Both the position numbers and the translations under genes were made by a program. A DNA stretch of 42,266 bases from Paracoccaceae bacterium (GTDB taxonomy: Bacteria; Pseudomonadota; Alphaproteobacteria; Rhodobacterales; Rhodobacteraceae). The notes under the pieces were generated by a model, which was not told the DNA's origin, did not search any database, and saw only the letters and a list, made by a program, of their open reading frames with translations. Every line of letters starts with the position of its first letter. Position 1 is the stretch's first letter. Shown here one piece after another: positions 27,675 through 39,314 of the stretch. Where the stretch lies: positions 1 through 42,266 of the forward strand of contig JABGTH010000169.1 in assembly GCA_018647275.1 (NCBI GenBank), in the 5' to 3' direction.

Positions 27675-28124
27675 ATGACGGACGTACTTGCCCAAGCCTA
27701 TCCTTGGATTTTGTCGATCCATATTATATCCGTCATTTCATGGATGGCTGGTATTTTCTATTTGCCGCGATTGTTCGTTCATCATTCTGAGAAAGTAAAA
27801 TTTTTCGGTGAAACCCACGACCTGTTTTGCATGATGGAAAGCAAACTGTTTAAAGTGATCATGACGCCTGCGATGACAAGCACATGGATTTTTGGATTTT
27901 TGCTTGTAGCCACACCTGGGATTGTTGATTGGTCTGAATACTGGCCTTGGGTCAAAGCGGCCTGCGTTATTTCAATGACTGCATTTCACTCATGGTTAGG
28001 ACAACAACAAAAGAACTTTATTGCAGGCGATGGTGTACTAAGTGGGCGGCACTACCGGATCATGAACGAGGTGCCAACGGTTTTGTTGATTGCGATTGTC
28101 ATATCAGTGGTTGTTAAATTCTGA
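27675..28124 (+). CDS. hemJ: Protoporphyrinogen oxidase HemJ
   Basis: HIISVISWMAGIFYLPRLFVHH, IMTPAM, YRIMNEVPT; GGAGGA SD. Confidence 0.95.
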   Translation: MTDVLAQAYPWILSIHIISVISWMAGIFYLPRLFVHHSEKVKFFGETHDLFCMMESKLFKVIMTPAMTSTWIFGFLLVATPGIVDWSEYWPWVKAACVISMTAFHSWLGQQQKNFIAGDGVLSGRHYRIMNEVPTVLLIAIVISVVVKF

Positions 28125-28258
28125 GAACTCGGTGCCTGATTGACTTGAAACCTTAAAAATCTTATCAGAATTATAACGCCCCATTCGGGGATCGTATAAA
28201 ACCAAAATTTTTACTCAAAGCCAACGCATGATTTTATGCGGTTTGGTTGGATATACCC

Positions 28259-29551
28259 ATGACTAATGAAACCATCGAATCCACAAATGAAACGCTTGAC
28301 CTTGCAGATCTAAAACGCAAAACGCCCAAAGACTTGTTGTCTATGGCGGAAGAGTTAGAGATCGAAAACGCATCTACGATGCGCAAAGGTGAGATGATGT
28401 TCCAAATTCTGCGCGAACGTGCAGATGAAGGTTGGGAAATCTCAGGTGATGGTGTGTTAGAAGTCTTGCAAGACGGTTTTGGTTTCTTACGTTCACCAGA
28501 GGCAAACTATCTCGCCGGTCCGGATGACATCTACGTTTCACCTGAAATGATCCGTAAGCATTCATTACGCACAGGAGATACGATCCACGGTTTAATCAAA
28601 GCTCCGGAAGAAATAGAGCGTTATTTTGCCCTGACTGAAACGCGCAAGATTAATTTTGAAGCACCAGAGAAGGCCAAGCATAAGATTGCATTCGATAATT
28701 TGACGCCACTGTACCCTGATGAGCGTCTGAAGATGGAAGTCGAAGACCCAACAGTCAAAGATCGTTCTGCTCGTATCATCGATTTGGTTGCCCCAATCGG
28801 TAAAGGCCAGCGTTCCTTGATCGTGGCACCGCCGCGCACTGGTAAAACTGTTTTATTACAGAATATCGCCAACAGCATCGAAAAGAACCACCCTGAGTGC
28901 TATCTGATCGTCTTGCTGATAGATGAGCGCCCAGAAGAAGTTACAGACATGCAGCGTTCTGTAAAAGGCGAGGTTGTGTCGTCGACCTTTGATGAGCCAG
29001 CAACACGCCACGTGGCCGTATCCGAAATGGTTATCGAAAAAGCCAAACGTTTGGTTGAACACAAGCGTGACGTTGTTATTTTACTTGATTCAATCACGCG
29101 TTTGGGCCGTGCGTTTAACACGGTTGTTCCATCATCTGGTAAGGTATTGACTGGTGGTGTGGATGCGAATGCGCTTCAGCGTCCTAAACGCTTTTTTGGT
29201 GCAGCACGTAACATCGAAGAGGGCGGGTCACTTACCATCATCGCGACAGCCCTGATCGACACCGGTAGCCGTATGGATGAAGTGATCTTTGAAGAATTCA
29301 AAGGGACTGGTAACTCCGAGATTGTTCTGGATCGTAAGATTTCAGACAAACGTGTCTTCCCAGCGATCGACATCCAGAAATCTGGTACACGTAAAGAAGA
29401 CCTGCTGATCGACAAAGTTGATTTGCAGAAAACCTTTGTGTTGCGTCGTATTCTGAACCCGATGGGTACCACAGATGCTGTTGAGTTCCTGATTTCTAAG
29501 CTGAAACAGACCAAATCCAATGCGGACTTCTTTGATTCAATGAACACGTAA
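28259..29551 (+). CDS. rho: Transcription termination factor Rho
   Basis: [35 protein letters not shown]. Confidence 0.98.
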   Translation: MTNETIESTNETLDLADLKRKTPKDLLSMAEELEIENASTMRKGEMMFQILRERADEGWEISGDGVLEVLQDGFGFLRSPEANYLAGPDDIYVSPEMIRKHSLRTGDTIHGLIKAPEEIERYFALTETRKINFEAPEKAKHKIAFDNLTPLYPDERLKMEVEDPTVKDRSARIIDLVAPIGKGQRSLIVAPPRTGKTVLLQNIANSIEKNHPECYLIVLLIDERPEEVTDMQRSVKGEVVSSTFDEPATRHVAVSEMVIEKAKRLVEHKRDVVILLDSITRLGRAFNTVVPSSGKVLTGGVDANALQRPKRFFGAARNIEEGGSLTIIATALIDTGSRMDEVIFEEFKGTGNSEIVLDRKISDKRVFPAIDIQKSGTRKEDLLIDKVDLQKTFVLRRILNPMGTTDAVEFLISKLKQTKSNADFFDSMNT

Positions 29552-29581
29552 CTTATTGTTCATTAACAATGGGTTAGATAG

Positions 29582-30859
29582 ATGAATACAATTTTTGCCC
29601 TTGCCAGCGCTCAAGGTCGCGCTGGAGTTTCCGTTATCCGGCTTTCTGGGCCGGATGCTAAGAAAGTTGTGGCGAAATTCGTCTCTAACCTGCCTAAAGA
29701 CCGCGTTGCTGGATTGCGTATTCTCACCGACGGAACTGGTGAACCGCTCGATCATGCGCTTGTACTATGTTTTGACGGTCCACGTAGTTTTACAGGCGAA
29801 GACGTTGTTGAGTTGCACCTGCACGGCAGTATTGCTGTTGTTCAATCTGTGTTACGGGTCTTGGGTGACAGTGGTCTGGCGCGTTTAGCCGAGCCAGGTG
29901 AATTTACTAGGCGGGCATTGGAAAACGGTCGGATGGATCTGGCTCAAGTTGAAGGCCTCGCAGACTTAATTGAGTCCGAAACTGAGACGCAACGCAAACA
30001 AGCTTTACGTGTGGTGACAGGTCACTTAGGCGCTTTGGTAGAGCAATGGCGCTCATCTTTGATCCGCGCGGCCGCGTTAATTGAAGCGACGATTGATTTC
30101 GTGGATGAGGATGTGCCCGTCGATGTGACGCCTGAAGTTCGTGAATTGTTAATAGGTGTAAAATCGGACCTGATTAGTGAAATCGCAGGCAGTAAAGTTG
30201 CTGAACGTATTCGAGTTGGTTTCGAAGTTGCAATTGTCGGTGCCCCTAATGCAGGTAAATCAACGCTTCTTAATGCAATGGCCGGTCGTGATGCTGCGAT
30301 TACCTCTGATATCGCCGGTACAACGCGTGATGTGATCGAGGTGCGCATGGATCTGATGGGTCTGCCAGTCACGATTCTAGACACTGCAGGATTACGCGAT
30401 GGTCAAGACGAAATCGAAGTAATTGGTATTAACCGAGCATTGGAACGAGCACGGAATGCGGATCTTCGGGTGTTTTTGGCTGGGGATAACGAAGTGTTAC
30501 CACTCGCCCAGCAACCCGATGATATTCGTGTAACCCCAAAGGCCGACATTACCGGATCAGGTGTTTCAGGTATTACGGGGCAGGGTGTGTCTGAACTTTT
30601 GAATAATATCCAAAGAGTATTGGAACAACGGTCATCTCAAGCCGGTCTTGCAACACATGAACGTCACCGAATTGCGATGCAATCTACGTTGACCGTTCTT
30701 GATGTGGTGTTACCACTCGTTGACTTGGGTCCTGAACATTATGATATTGCAGCGGAAGAACTGCGTTCTGCAATCCGCTCGCTCGAAGCGCTGGTAGGTC
30801 GAATTGACGTTGAAAACCTACTAGATGAAATTTTTTCCAGCTTTTGTCTGGGCAAGTGA
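29582..30859 (+). CDS. mnmE: tRNA modification GTPase MnmE
   Basis: [29 protein letters not shown]-terminus. Confidence 0.97.
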   Translation: MNTIFALASAQGRAGVSVIRLSGPDAKKVVAKFVSNLPKDRVAGLRILTDGTGEPLDHALVLCFDGPRSFTGEDVVELHLHGSIAVVQSVLRVLGDSGLARLAEPGEFTRRALENGRMDLAQVEGLADLIESETETQRKQALRVVTGHLGALVEQWRSSLIRAAALIEATIDFVDEDVPVDVTPEVRELLIGVKSDLISEIAGSKVAERIRVGFEVAIVGAPNAGKSTLLNAMAGRDAAITSDIAGTTRDVIEVRMDLMGLPVTILDTAGLRDGQDEIEVIGINRALERARNADLRVFLAGDNEVLPLAQQPDDIRVTPKADITGSGVSGITGQGVSELLNNIQRVLEQRSSQAGLATHERHRIAMQSTLTVLDVVLPLVDLGPEHYDIAAEELRSAIRSLEALVGRIDVENLLDEIFSSFCLGK

Positions 30860-30864
30860 TGGAG

Positions 30865-30880
30865 TGTTTCACGTGAAACA
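30865..30880. other. parS: parS centromere-like site 1
   Basis: Perfect palindrome TGTTTCACGTGAAACA overlapping the likely mnmG start. Confidence 0.95.
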
Positions 30881-32732
30881 TTTTGATGTACTCGTAATTG
30901 GTGGCGGTCATGCTGGATCGGAAGCTGCACATGCTGCTGCACGTCTTGGCGCGCAAACAGCTTTGGTAACGATGACGCGTGACGGTATTGGTGTGATGTC
31001 CTGTAACCCCGCTATTGGTGGTTTGGGAAAAGGGCACTTGGTACGCGAAATTGATGCACTTGATGGTGTTATGGGCCGTGTTTCTGACTTAGCAGGGATT
31101 CAGTTCCGTTTACTAAATCGGAAAAAAGGACCGGCAGTTCAGGGGCCACGAACCCAAGCAGATCGTAAAATATATCAACAATCGATGCTTACTGAGACTG
31201 AAAACCGCGAAAACTTATCCATCGTTATTGGCGAGGTTACCGACTTCTTAATGTCTGGCGATACCGTCATTGGTGTACAACTAGCTGACGGCGCCGAGAT
31301 CAAAGCCAAGCGGGTTATCCTAACGACGGGTACCTTTCTTCGCGGTGTCATTCACATCGGTGATGTTTCGTATTCTGGTGGACGGATGGGAGATAAGGCG
31401 TCGGTCAAGTTGGCTAAACGCATCGATTCATTTGAATTACCACTGGGCCGATTGAAAACCGGTACGCCACCGCGGTTAGATGGGCGTACAATCAAATGGG
31501 ATTTACTTGAATCGCAAGCAGGGGACGACGATCCTGCACTGTTTTCCTTTATGTCGAGTAAGGTGTCTGCACGTCAAATTTCGTGTGGCATGACTTATAC
31601 GAATGAAAAAACGCACGATATAATTCGCGAAAACCTTGAAAAGTCTGCCATGTATGGCGGTCATATTGATGGTGTTGGTCCGCGCTATTGTCCTTCTATC
31701 GAAGATAAGATCGTAAGATTTGGCGAAAAGGACAGCCATTTGGTGTTCTTGGAACCAGAAGGTTTAGATGACTACACGGTGTATCCAAATGGAATTTCAA
31801 CATCGTTGCCTGAATCTGTTCAGGAAGATTATGTAAAATCGATTTATGGATTGGATGATGTTAAAATTCTGCAACCGGGTTATGCGATTGAATATGACTA
31901 TATCGACCCGCGGGTTCTTGACGATACTCTCGCGTTACCAACGGTAAACGGACTTTATCTTGCGGGTCAGATCAACGGAACCACAGGATATGAGGAAGCA
32001 GCGGCCCAAGGTATTGTAGCAGGCTTCAACGCAGCCCTCTCAGCGCTCGGTCGCGATGCGGTCCACTTTAGCCGCAGTGAGAGCTATATTGGCGTGATGA
32101 TTGACGATTTGACGACCCGTGGCGTTACAGAGCCATACCGGATGTTTACATCTCGTGCTGAGTTCCGCCTGTCGCTTCGTGCAGACAATGCCGATCAACG
32201 TTTGACACCGCTGGCTAAGGAGTTAGGCGCGGCTTCTGATGAACGTATCAAGTCCTTTGATTTAAAGATGGAGCGTTTGGCTAAAGGATATGAGGTTATT
32301 CGAAGTGAGACCTTTACGCCGAAGGAGGCGCAATCAGCAGGAATTGAAGTTAGCCAGGATGGTTCGCGTCGCACAGCCTACCAAATATTAGCTTTTCCAA
32401 ACGTCAAGTTTAAGAACCTACTGCCATTGATGCCTAAACTCGCTGAACTGGACGTCGAAACGCAATTGCAGTTGGAGCGTGAGGCGACATATGCAAGCTT
32501 CTTGTCACGTCAGCAGCGCGACATTGATCGTATTACGAAGGATGAAGCTCACAAAATTCCGGCAGCGTTTGATTATACACCTATCGATGGGCTCTCTAAC
32601 GAATTAAAAGCAAAGTTGTTGATGGTTCGTCCATCTACCTTGGCTCAAGCAGGGCGAATTGATGGGATGACACCTGCAGCGCTCGCATTATTGTTGGCGA
32701 AAATTAAGCAATTTGAAAAGAAGTCAGCATGA
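30873..32732 (+). CDS. mnmG: tRNA uridine 5-carboxymethylaminomethyl modification enzyme MnmG (GidA)
   Basis: [39 protein letters not shown]; GTG start after GGAG 30861-30864. Confidence 0.97.
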   Translation: MKHFDVLVIGGGHAGSEAAHAAARLGAQTALVTMTRDGIGVMSCNPAIGGLGKGHLVREIDALDGVMGRVSDLAGIQFRLLNRKKGPAVQGPRTQADRKIYQQSMLTETENRENLSIVIGEVTDFLMSGDTVIGVQLADGAEIKAKRVILTTGTFLRGVIHIGDVSYSGGRMGDKASVKLAKRIDSFELPLGRLKTGTPPRLDGRTIKWDLLESQAGDDDPALFSFMSSKVSARQISCGMTYTNEKTHDIIRENLEKSAMYGGHIDGVGPRYCPSIEDKIVRFGEKDSHLVFLEPEGLDDYTVYPNGISTSLPESVQEDYVKSIYGLDDVKILQPGYAIEYDYIDPRVLDDTLALPTVNGLYLAGQINGTTGYEEAAAQGIVAGFNAALSALGRDAVHFSRSESYIGVMIDDLTTRGVTEPYRMFTSRAEFRLSLRADNADQRLTPLAKELGAASDERIKSFDLKMERLAKGYEVIRSETFTPKEAQSAGIEVSQDGSRRTAYQILAFPNVKFKNLLPLMPKLAELDVETQLQLEREATYASFLSRQQRDIDRITKDEAHKIPAAFDYTPIDGLSNELKAKLLMVRPSTLAQAGRIDGMTPAALALLLAKIKQFEKKSA

Positions 32733-33343
32733 ACACTCCAATCTGGCTAAAGACGGATGTTTCACGTGAAACATTTGAACAGTTGGAAGCCTATGTGGCT
32801 TTGATTGAGAAATGGAACCCAAAGATCAATTTGGTTTCAAAACCCAGCTTACCTGAAGTTTGGGATCGTCATATTTGGGATTCGGCCCAGCTTTTTGATA
32901 TTGATGTTGAAGGTTTAACTTGGGCCGACTTTGGTAGCGGTGGTGGTTTACCAGGCATTGTTTTGGCTATTTTCGCAAAAGAACACCGACCGGACATGCA
33001 ATTTCATCTTGTTGAAAGCGACCAACGCAAGTGTGCGTTCCTTCGTAATGCCACACGTGAGATTGGTTTGAATGTTAAGGTTCACGCTGAACGTATCGAA
33101 TTACTTGATCCCATCGGGGCAAATGTCATTTCAGCACGGGCGCTAACCGATTTGAATGGTCTGCTTGAGTTTGTGGAGCGACACTCCGCTGAAAATGGCA
33201 TAGCGATCCTGCCAAAGGGGGAGACCTGGGAAAAAGAAATTTTACAGGCTCAAGAAAACTGGTCGTTTGAGTACGAAGAAATTACAAGTAAGACAAATAA
33301 TAACGCTGCTATCCTAAAGATTAAGGAATTTGCTCGTGTCTGA
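32729..33343 (+). CDS. rsmG: 16S rRNA m7G527 methyltransferase RsmG (GidB)
   Basis: [29 protein letters not shown]. Confidence 0.96.
   Translation: MNTPIWLKTDVSRETFEQLEAYVALIEKWNPKINLVSKPSLPEVWDRHIWDSAQLFDIDVEGLTWADFGSGGGLPGIVLAIFAKEHRPDMQFHLVESDQRKCAFLRNATREIGLNVKVHAERIELLDPIGANVISARALTDLNGLLEFVERHSAENGIAILPKGETWEKEILQAQENWSFEYEEITSKTNNNAAILKIKEFARV
32758..32773. other. parS: parS centromere-like site 2
   Basis: Perfect palindrome TGTTTCACGTGAAACA inside rsmG, encoding (D)VSRET. Confidence 0.95.
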
Positions 33344-34136
33344 TCTGATGCGCCCAGATGGGCCTAAAATTATTGCTGTAGCGAATCAAAAAGGTGGAGT
33401 TGGAAAAACTACGACAACGATTAATCTCTCCGCTGCGCTGGCTGAAGCAGGGTATCGTGTTTTGGTGGTTGATTTGGACCCACAAGGAAATGCGTCCACG
33501 GGTTTGGGTATCGAACAAAGCGATCGTGAGTTTACGACTTATGAACTTTTGCTAGAGGATATTGACCTGAAGGACATTATTCAGTCGTCCACAATTGAAG
33601 ATTTGGCAATTATTCCTGCAACTGTTGATTTAAGTTCTGCCGACCTTGAGCTTGTTTCGAACGAAAAACGCAGTTTCTTACTGCGTGATGCATTGCGCCA
33701 AACTCAGATAGATGAATTTGAATTTGATTTCATTCTTATCGATTGTCCGCCGTCTTTGAATCTTTTGACTGTAAACGCTATGATTGCTGCGAACACAGTT
33801 TTGGTACCACTTCAAAGCGAATTCTTCGCGCTTGAAGGGCTTTCTCAGCTGATGTTGACCATCCGCGAAGTTCGTCAAGCAGGAAACACGGATCTTCGGA
33901 TCGAAGGCGTTGTGCTGACGATGTACGATAAGCGTAACAATCTTTCACAGCAGGTTGAGCAGGATGCGCGGGATAATTTGGGTGATTTGATTTTTAAAAC
34001 AGTCATTCCAAGGAATGTGCGTTTGAGCGAGGCACCATCCTTTGCAATGCCCGTTTTGACGTATGACTCGACGTCCAAAGGCGCACTTGCATATCGTGAG
34101 CTGGCGCAAGAATTGATTGAAAAGAACAAACTATAA
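33336..34136 (+). CDS. parA: Chromosome partitioning ATPase ParA
   Basis: NQKGGVGKTTT, DLDPQGNA, IDCPPSL, IPRNVRLSEAPS; GTG start assumed. Confidence 0.96.
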   Translation: MSDLMRPDGPKIIAVANQKGGVGKTTTTINLSAALAEAGYRVLVVDLDPQGNASTGLGIEQSDREFTTYELLLEDIDLKDIIQSSTIEDLAIIPATVDLSSADLELVSNEKRSFLLRDALRQTQIDEFEFDFILIDCPPSLNLLTVNAMIAANTVLVPLQSEFFALEGLSQLMLTIREVRQAGNTDLRIEGVVLTMYDKRNNLSQQVEQDARDNLGDLIFKTVIPRNVRLSEAPSFAMPVLTYDSTSKGALAYRELAQELIEKNKL

Positions 34137-34155
34137 CCAAGGATTGGGGTGTAAA

Positions 34156-35049
34156 ATGGCTTCAGGTAGAGACAACAAACGCGGGCTTGGGCGTGGGCTT
34201 TCAGCTTTGATGGCCGATGTAACAGAGGCAGAAACGCCTGTAGCTGGCGGTTCTGTTGCCGAAAAAATTGTTCCAATTGAGAAAATCGAAGCCAATCCCG
34301 ATCAGCCACGTAAACAATTTCTTCAGGGCGATATGGATGATTTAGCTGCATCCATCAAAGAAAAGGGTGTTATCCAACCTTTGATCGTGCGGGTTTTGGA
34401 CAATGGTCACTACCAGATCGTAGCGGGTGAACGCCGCTGGCGCGCCTCTCAAATTGCGAAACTGCATGAGCTTCCTGTTGTTGTGCGTCAGTTTTCGGAT
34501 GCCGAAGTTCTAGAAGTTGCGATCATTGAAAACATTCAGCGAGCTGATCTTAATCCGATGGAAGAAGCTGTTGGTTATCGTCAGTTGATGGATCGCTTTG
34601 GGCATACTCAAGAAAAGATGGCCGAGGCATTGGGTAAAAGCCGTAGCCACATCGCCAACTTGCTCCGTCTATTGAACTTGCCAGCAGATGTAATCGAACT
34701 TGTCCGCAATGGTGATTTGTCTTCGGGTCACGCACGTGCATTGGTCTCAGCAGAGAATGCATCTGAATTGGCTAAACTTGTTGTCAAGGGCGGCCTGAGT
34801 GTTCGCGCGACTGAGGCGCTCGTAAAGTCGTCCACAGTTGAAGGTGGCGCAAATGGCAAGGGAAGCACCAAAGCTGGCAAGCTGACAAAGGATGCCGATA
34901 CAAAAGCTCTAGAAGGTGATTTAACGAGCGGTCTCAAGATGAAGGTTTTGTTGAATCACAAACCGGGATCCGAGAAGGGTCAAATGGTCATTAATTACGG
35001 CTCTCTCGACGATCTCGATGAGCTGTGTCGTAGGCTAGGTGGGGCCTAA
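34156..35049 (+). CDS. parB: Chromosome partitioning protein ParB
   Basis: RGLGRGLSAL, NPDQPRK, AGERRWRA, ENIQRADL, HTH GKSRSHIAN. Confidence 0.97.
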   Translation: MASGRDNKRGLGRGLSALMADVTEAETPVAGGSVAEKIVPIEKIEANPDQPRKQFLQGDMDDLAASIKEKGVIQPLIVRVLDNGHYQIVAGERRWRASQIAKLHELPVVVRQFSDAEVLEVAIIENIQRADLNPMEEAVGYRQLMDRFGHTQEKMAEALGKSRSHIANLLRLLNLPADVIELVRNGDLSSGHARALVSAENASELAKLVVKGGLSVRATEALVKSSTVEGGANGKGSTKAGKLTKDADTKALEGDLTSGLKMKVLLNHKPGSEKGQMVINYGSLDDLDELCRRLGGA

Positions 35050-36203
35050 GCTTCTAAGAGACGCCTTAAAACAGCGTTTAAAATCATAAAGCCTTGATCT
35101 GAAACGATAATTCTGTCTTTTTGGTTGTGAATAAGATTTAAATCAATTAACTCATTTAGAGCGTTTTGGTCAATGTTTCGGCCCAAAAGGTTAAAAAACC
35201 GTTTTGGATCGATGCCTTCCTTCAATCGAAGGCCCATTAGCAAAAGTTCGCTTGCCTGATCTTCGCGGGCCAGTGGCTCGCGGGGTTTTTCAGTTTGTCC
35301 CGCCATTGCGGCACTAAGCCAGCGTTTTGGATTGCTGTAACATTCGGTTGCCGTGCGTTGCCCGTTGATGGTTAAACGACCATGCGCACCGGGGCCAATA
35401 CCAACGTAATCACCGTAGCGCCAGTAAACAAGGTTGTGGCGTGATTGCGCGCCATCACGTGCGTGGTTGGACACCTCATAGGATGGCATTCCCGCCTCTC
35501 CACACAAGTCTTGTGTGGCTTCGTACATATCCGCGCCAAGGTCGTCACTCGGAAGGCCGGCCAGTTTGCCCGCGTTGTAACGATCGCCGAAAGCGGTGCC
35601 TTGCTCAATTGTCAGTTGATAAAGTGAAAGATGGTCAATCGCCATATTAAGAGCCTGCTTTAGCTCTGATGTCCAATCATCTAGTGTTTGTTTTTGACGC
35701 CCATAGATCAGGTCAAAACTCACCCGATCAAATGTGGTGCGTGCTACGTCGAATGCAGTGCGCGCCTCGGCAACGGTGTGGATGCGACCTAACCGCCGCA
35801 GGTCTTCGTCATTGAGGGCCTGAACACCCATGGAGATACGGTTTATGCCTGCCTGACGGAAGGCGGAGAAGCGACCCGCTTCAACAGAACCGGGGTTGGC
35901 TTCAAGGGTTGTTTCAAGATCGTTTGCTGTGGGCCAAAGACGGTAGATTTCCGACATGATGTCTGCCACCACGTCTGGTTCCATTAAGCTGGGTGTGCCG
36001 CCGCCAAAAAATACGCTTCGCAGGACCCGGCCCTTGGTCTCGCAGGCGGCGCGGCGCAGTTCGGCCATATAACCGTCACGCCATGCGGAATGATCGATGC
36101 TGCGCGAAACATGACTGTTAAAATCGCAATAGGGGCATTTGGCGGCACAGAACGGCCAGTGAATGTAGAGGCCAAAGCCACCTTGTTCCCAATCTTCAGC
36201 CAA
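35046..36203 (-). CDS. hemW: Radical SAM heme chaperone HemW
   Basis: [38 protein letters not shown]; TTG start assumed. Confidence 0.92.
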   Translation of the reverse strand: MAEDWEQGGFGLYIHWPFCAAKCPYCDFNSHVSRSIDHSAWRDGYMAELRRAACETKGRVLRSVFFGGGTPSLMEPDVVADIMSEIYRLWPTANDLETTLEANPGSVEAGRFSAFRQAGINRISMGVQALNDEDLRRLGRIHTVAEARTAFDVARTTFDRVSFDLIYGRQKQTLDDWTSELKQALNMAIDHLSLYQLTIEQGTAFGDRYNAGKLAGLPSDDLGADMYEATQDLCGEAGMPSYEVSNHARDGAQSRHNLVYWRYGDYVGIGPGAHGRLTINGQRTATECYSNPKRWLSAAMAGQTEKPREPLAREDQASELLLMGLRLKEGIDPKRFFNLLGRNIDQNALNELIDLNLIHNQKDRIIVSDQGFMILNAVLRRLLEA

Positions 36204-36807
36204 AACAGCCAGCAATCAATTTTTCAAATGCTCGGGCGCGGTGGCTGATCAAATTCTTTGCGTCATGATCCATTTCCGCAAAGGTAATGTCGTGGCCATC
36301 CGGCATAAACATGGGATCATATCCGTGACCTTGTTTACCGCGCATTGGCCAAACAAGTGTGCCTTCAACGGTGCCTTCAAACACTTCGTCATGCCCATCT
36401 GGCCATGCTAAAACTAGAGTCGAGCAGAAGCGAGCGGTGCGTGGGTGCGCGGCGTTACGTTCTTCCAAAAGGTTGTGCGTTTTGGTCATCGCCATGATGA
36501 AATCACGACCATTTGGCGTTTCTGCCCAATCAGCAGTGTAGACTCCGGGAGCACCATCAAGCCCATCAACTTGAATGCCAGAATCATCTGATAGCGCGGG
36601 AAGTCCCGTGGCTTTAACGGCAGCGTGGGCCTTGATCCGTGCGTTTCCAACAAAGGTGTTTTCTGTTTCTTCTGGCGCTGCCAAATTCAACTCGGCCACG
36701 CCAGTGATAGACACCCCAAGAGGTTGAAATAGCTGATGCATTTCTTCCAATTTGCCTGCGTTATGTGTTGCAACCAACAGGCGGTCCAGGGTGAATTTAC
36801 GGCTCAT
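36196..36807 (-). CDS. rdgB: dITP/XTP pyrophosphatase
   Basis: ATHNAGK, DDSG, PGVYTA, HGYDPMF, SHRARA. Confidence 0.96.
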   Translation of the reverse strand: MSRKFTLDRLLVATHNAGKLEEMHQLFQPLGVSITGVAELNLAAPEETENTFVGNARIKAHAAVKATGLPALSDDSGIQVDGLDGAPGVYTADWAETPNGRDFIMAMTKTHNLLEERNAAHPRTARFCSTLVLAWPDGHDEVFEGTVEGTLVWPMRGKQGHGYDPMFMPDGHDITFAEMDHDAKNLISHRARAFEKLIAGCFG

Positions 36808-37517
36808 CTGGTGGCGGCTTTCGCAGCTTCGACCAATTCGCCGACACCTTTTTCGGCAAGGTCCATCAGTTCGTTGAGCTGTGTACGTGAGAATAGGGAA
36901 CCTTCAGCGCTCATCTGTACTTCGATCAGTTTTTTCGAACCGGTCATGATGAAGTTGCCATCTACGCCAGCTTCTGAGTCCTCAGGGTAATCCAAATCAA
37001 GAACCGGTTGTCCGGCGTAGATACCACAACTAACAGCAGCCACTGGATCGACCAATGGATCGCTAATTACATCGCCGGCCTTAATCAATTTATTCACAGC
37101 CAAACGCAATGCGATCCAGCCACCTGTGATAGATGCACAACGTGTTCCGCCGTCAGCTTGTAAAACATCACAGTCGATCGTGATTTGACGTTCGCCCAAG
37201 GCAACGCGGTCGACACCTGCGCGCAATGATCGGCCAATGAGGCGTTGGATTTCAACGGTACGGCCGCCTTGTTTGCCAGAAGCAGCTTCGCGGCGCATCC
37301 GTGTGTTGGTGGCGCGTGGCAACATGCCGTATTCGGCCGTGACCCACCCAAGTCCAGATCCTTTAATAAAGGATGGCACACGTGGCTCAATTGATGCGGT
37401 GCACAGCACATGTGTGTCGCCCATTTTGATCAGGGCGGACCCTTCAGCGTGTTTGGTAAAGCCAGTTTCGATTGAAACTTCGCGCATTTGATCGAGGGCA
37501 CGTCCTGAAGGTCGCAT
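36804..37517 (-). CDS. rph: Ribonuclease PH
   Basis: [32 protein letters not shown]. Confidence 0.98.
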   Translation of the reverse strand: MRPSGRALDQMREVSIETGFTKHAEGSALIKMGDTHVLCTASIEPRVPSFIKGSGLGWVTAEYGMLPRATNTRMRREAASGKQGGRTVEIQRLIGRSLRAGVDRVALGERQITIDCDVLQADGGTRCASITGGWIALRLAVNKLIKAGDVISDPLVDPVAAVSCGIYAGQPVLDLDYPEDSEAGVDGNFIMTGSKKLIEVQMSAEGSLFSRTQLNELMDLAEKGVGELVEAAKAATR

Positions 37518-37602
37518 GGGATATCCTTTTTAAGTTGTTTGTTGGATACCGCCCCCCACCCCCTTTGTGCAACCCTGATTGACCTTTGTTCGCGGTGCTC
37601 TT

Positions 37603-37638
37603 TAATGGTGCGGCGCTAATGGTGCTGCGTTAAAGGTG
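37603..37638 (+). repeat. Imperfect 14-bp tandem repeat upstream of hrcA
   Basis: TAATGGTGCGGCGC / TAATGGTGCTGCGT / TAAAGGTG; first unit overlaps the -10 of TTGACC-N16-TTTAAT. Confidence 0.6.
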
Positions 37639-37639
37639 G

Positions 37640-38707
37640 ATGATGACAGATAAACCAAAGATCCTTGATGATATGAACGATCGCTCACGCGAGGTTTTTC
37701 GCCGTGTGGTTGAGGGATATTTGCACAACGGTGATCCCGTGGGATCACGCACGCTTACTCGTGACTTTAACGAAAAGATCAGTGCAGCCACCATTCGCAA
37801 TGTTATGCAGGATCTTGAGTATATGGGGTTGCTAGACAGTCCTCACGTCAGTGCAGGGCGTGTTCCAACCCAAGCGGGCTTAAGGATGTTTGTTGACGGC
37901 TTGATGGAAGTCGGTATTCCCGACGAAACCGACCGCGAAAAGATCGATGCAACGATGGGGCGCAACGAAAACGATGTAGGTGGATTGCTTGACCGCGTGG
38001 GAGCCGCACTGTCTGGTGTGACGCAAGGTGCATCGCTGGTTTTAACACCAAAACACGAAGCCCCGATTAAGCACATCGAATTTGTCTCGCTGGCGATTGA
38101 CCGCGCCTTGGTCGTTTTGGTTTTTGCTGATGGGCACGTTGAGAACCGCCTGTTCACACCGCCCCCAGGGCTCACACCCAGCTCAATGCGCGAGGCGGCC
38201 AATTTTCTGAATTCACTGATAGAAGGGCGAACTCTTAGTGATGTGCGCGGTGTTATTCAAAAAGAGATATCAAATCGGCGCCAAGAAATTGATGTACTAG
38301 CCCGCAGTTTAGTCGACAGTGGGTTAGCTGTTTGGGAGGCTGAAGGAGAGCGTAGCGAGCGCTTGATCGTACGTGGTCGTTCGAACTTGCTCGAATCCAG
38401 TGCTGAGGAACATGATCTTGAACGCATTCGAAACCTGTTTGATGACCTTGAACGCAAGCGCGATATCTCTGAGTTCCTTGAATTAACCGAGGATGGCGAT
38501 GGTGTTCGCATTTTTATTGGCTCTGAGAACAAACTTTTTTCACTTTCGGGTTCCTCTTTGGTGGTTTCCCCTTATATGAACGCTGATCGTAAGATTATTG
38601 GTGCCGTTGGCGTCATTGGTCCGACGAGACTGAATTATGGACGTATCGTGCCGATTGTAGATTACACGGCCCAACTGGTTGGGAAATTACTTTCAGACCG
38701 GAGCTAG
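37640..38707 (+). CDS. hrcA: Heat-inducible transcription repressor HrcA
   Basis: PVGSRTL, SAATIRNVMQDLE, PHVSAGRVPT, VIGPTRLNY. Confidence 0.97.
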   Translation: MMTDKPKILDDMNDRSREVFRRVVEGYLHNGDPVGSRTLTRDFNEKISAATIRNVMQDLEYMGLLDSPHVSAGRVPTQAGLRMFVDGLMEVGIPDETDREKIDATMGRNENDVGGLLDRVGAALSGVTQGASLVLTPKHEAPIKHIEFVSLAIDRALVVLVFADGHVENRLFTPPPGLTPSSMREAANFLNSLIEGRTLSDVRGVIQKEISNRRQEIDVLARSLVDSGLAVWEAEGERSERLIVRGRSNLLESSAEEHDLERIRNLFDDLERKRDISEFLELTEDGDGVRIFIGSENKLFSLSGSSLVVSPYMNADRKIIGAVGVIGPTRLNYGRIVPIVDYTAQLVGKLLSDRS

Positions 38708-38716
38708 AGGTGGATT

Positions 38717-39280
38717 ATGGCTGAGCCAATGAATAACGATTTTCTTGATGATATCGAGGACATGGAAGCGGAAGAATTCGCTGATGAAATGGAAGAAATC
38801 ACAGATGAAGCTCTGGAGCTAGATGAGCTTCGCGCGGAACGTGATGATTATAAAGACCGCTTTATGCGTGCTTTGGCTGATGCCGAAAATGCGCGCAAAC
38901 GTTCGGATAAAGATCGTCGTGAGGCAGAGAACTATGGTGGCTCAAAATTGGCTCGCGATATGCTGCCGGTTTATGACAACATGAAGCGTGCGCTTGATAC
39001 GATCACCGATGAGCAACGCGAAGTTGCTGGCCCGTTATTGGAAGGTATCGAGCTGACAATGCGCGAGCTTTTGAGCGTGTTCAAAAAGCATGGTATTGAG
39101 GTTATTACGCCAGCTGTGGGCGACAAATTTGATCCGCAGGTTCACCAAGCGATGTTTGAGGCACCTGTGCCAGCAACAGTTGCTGGTGACATCATTCAGG
39201 TCGCCGCTGAGGGCTTTATGCTGCACGATCGTTTGTTACGTCCTGCACAGGTTGGCGTGTCGTCTACACCTGCTGGCTAA
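38717..39280 (+). CDS. grpE: Nucleotide exchange factor GrpE
   Basis: RALADAENARKR, FDPQVHQA, GFMLHDRLLRPAQVGV. Confidence 0.97.
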   Translation: MAEPMNNDFLDDIEDMEAEEFADEMEEITDEALELDELRAERDDYKDRFMRALADAENARKRSDKDRREAENYGGSKLARDMLPVYDNMKRALDTITDEQREVAGPLLEGIELTMRELLSVFKKHGIEVITPAVGDKFDPQVHQAMFEAPVPATVAGDIIQVAAEGFMLHDRLLRPAQVGVSSTPAG

Positions 39281-39314
39281 ATTAGTTAGTGACTACAAAT
39301 TCCAAAGGGGGCGG

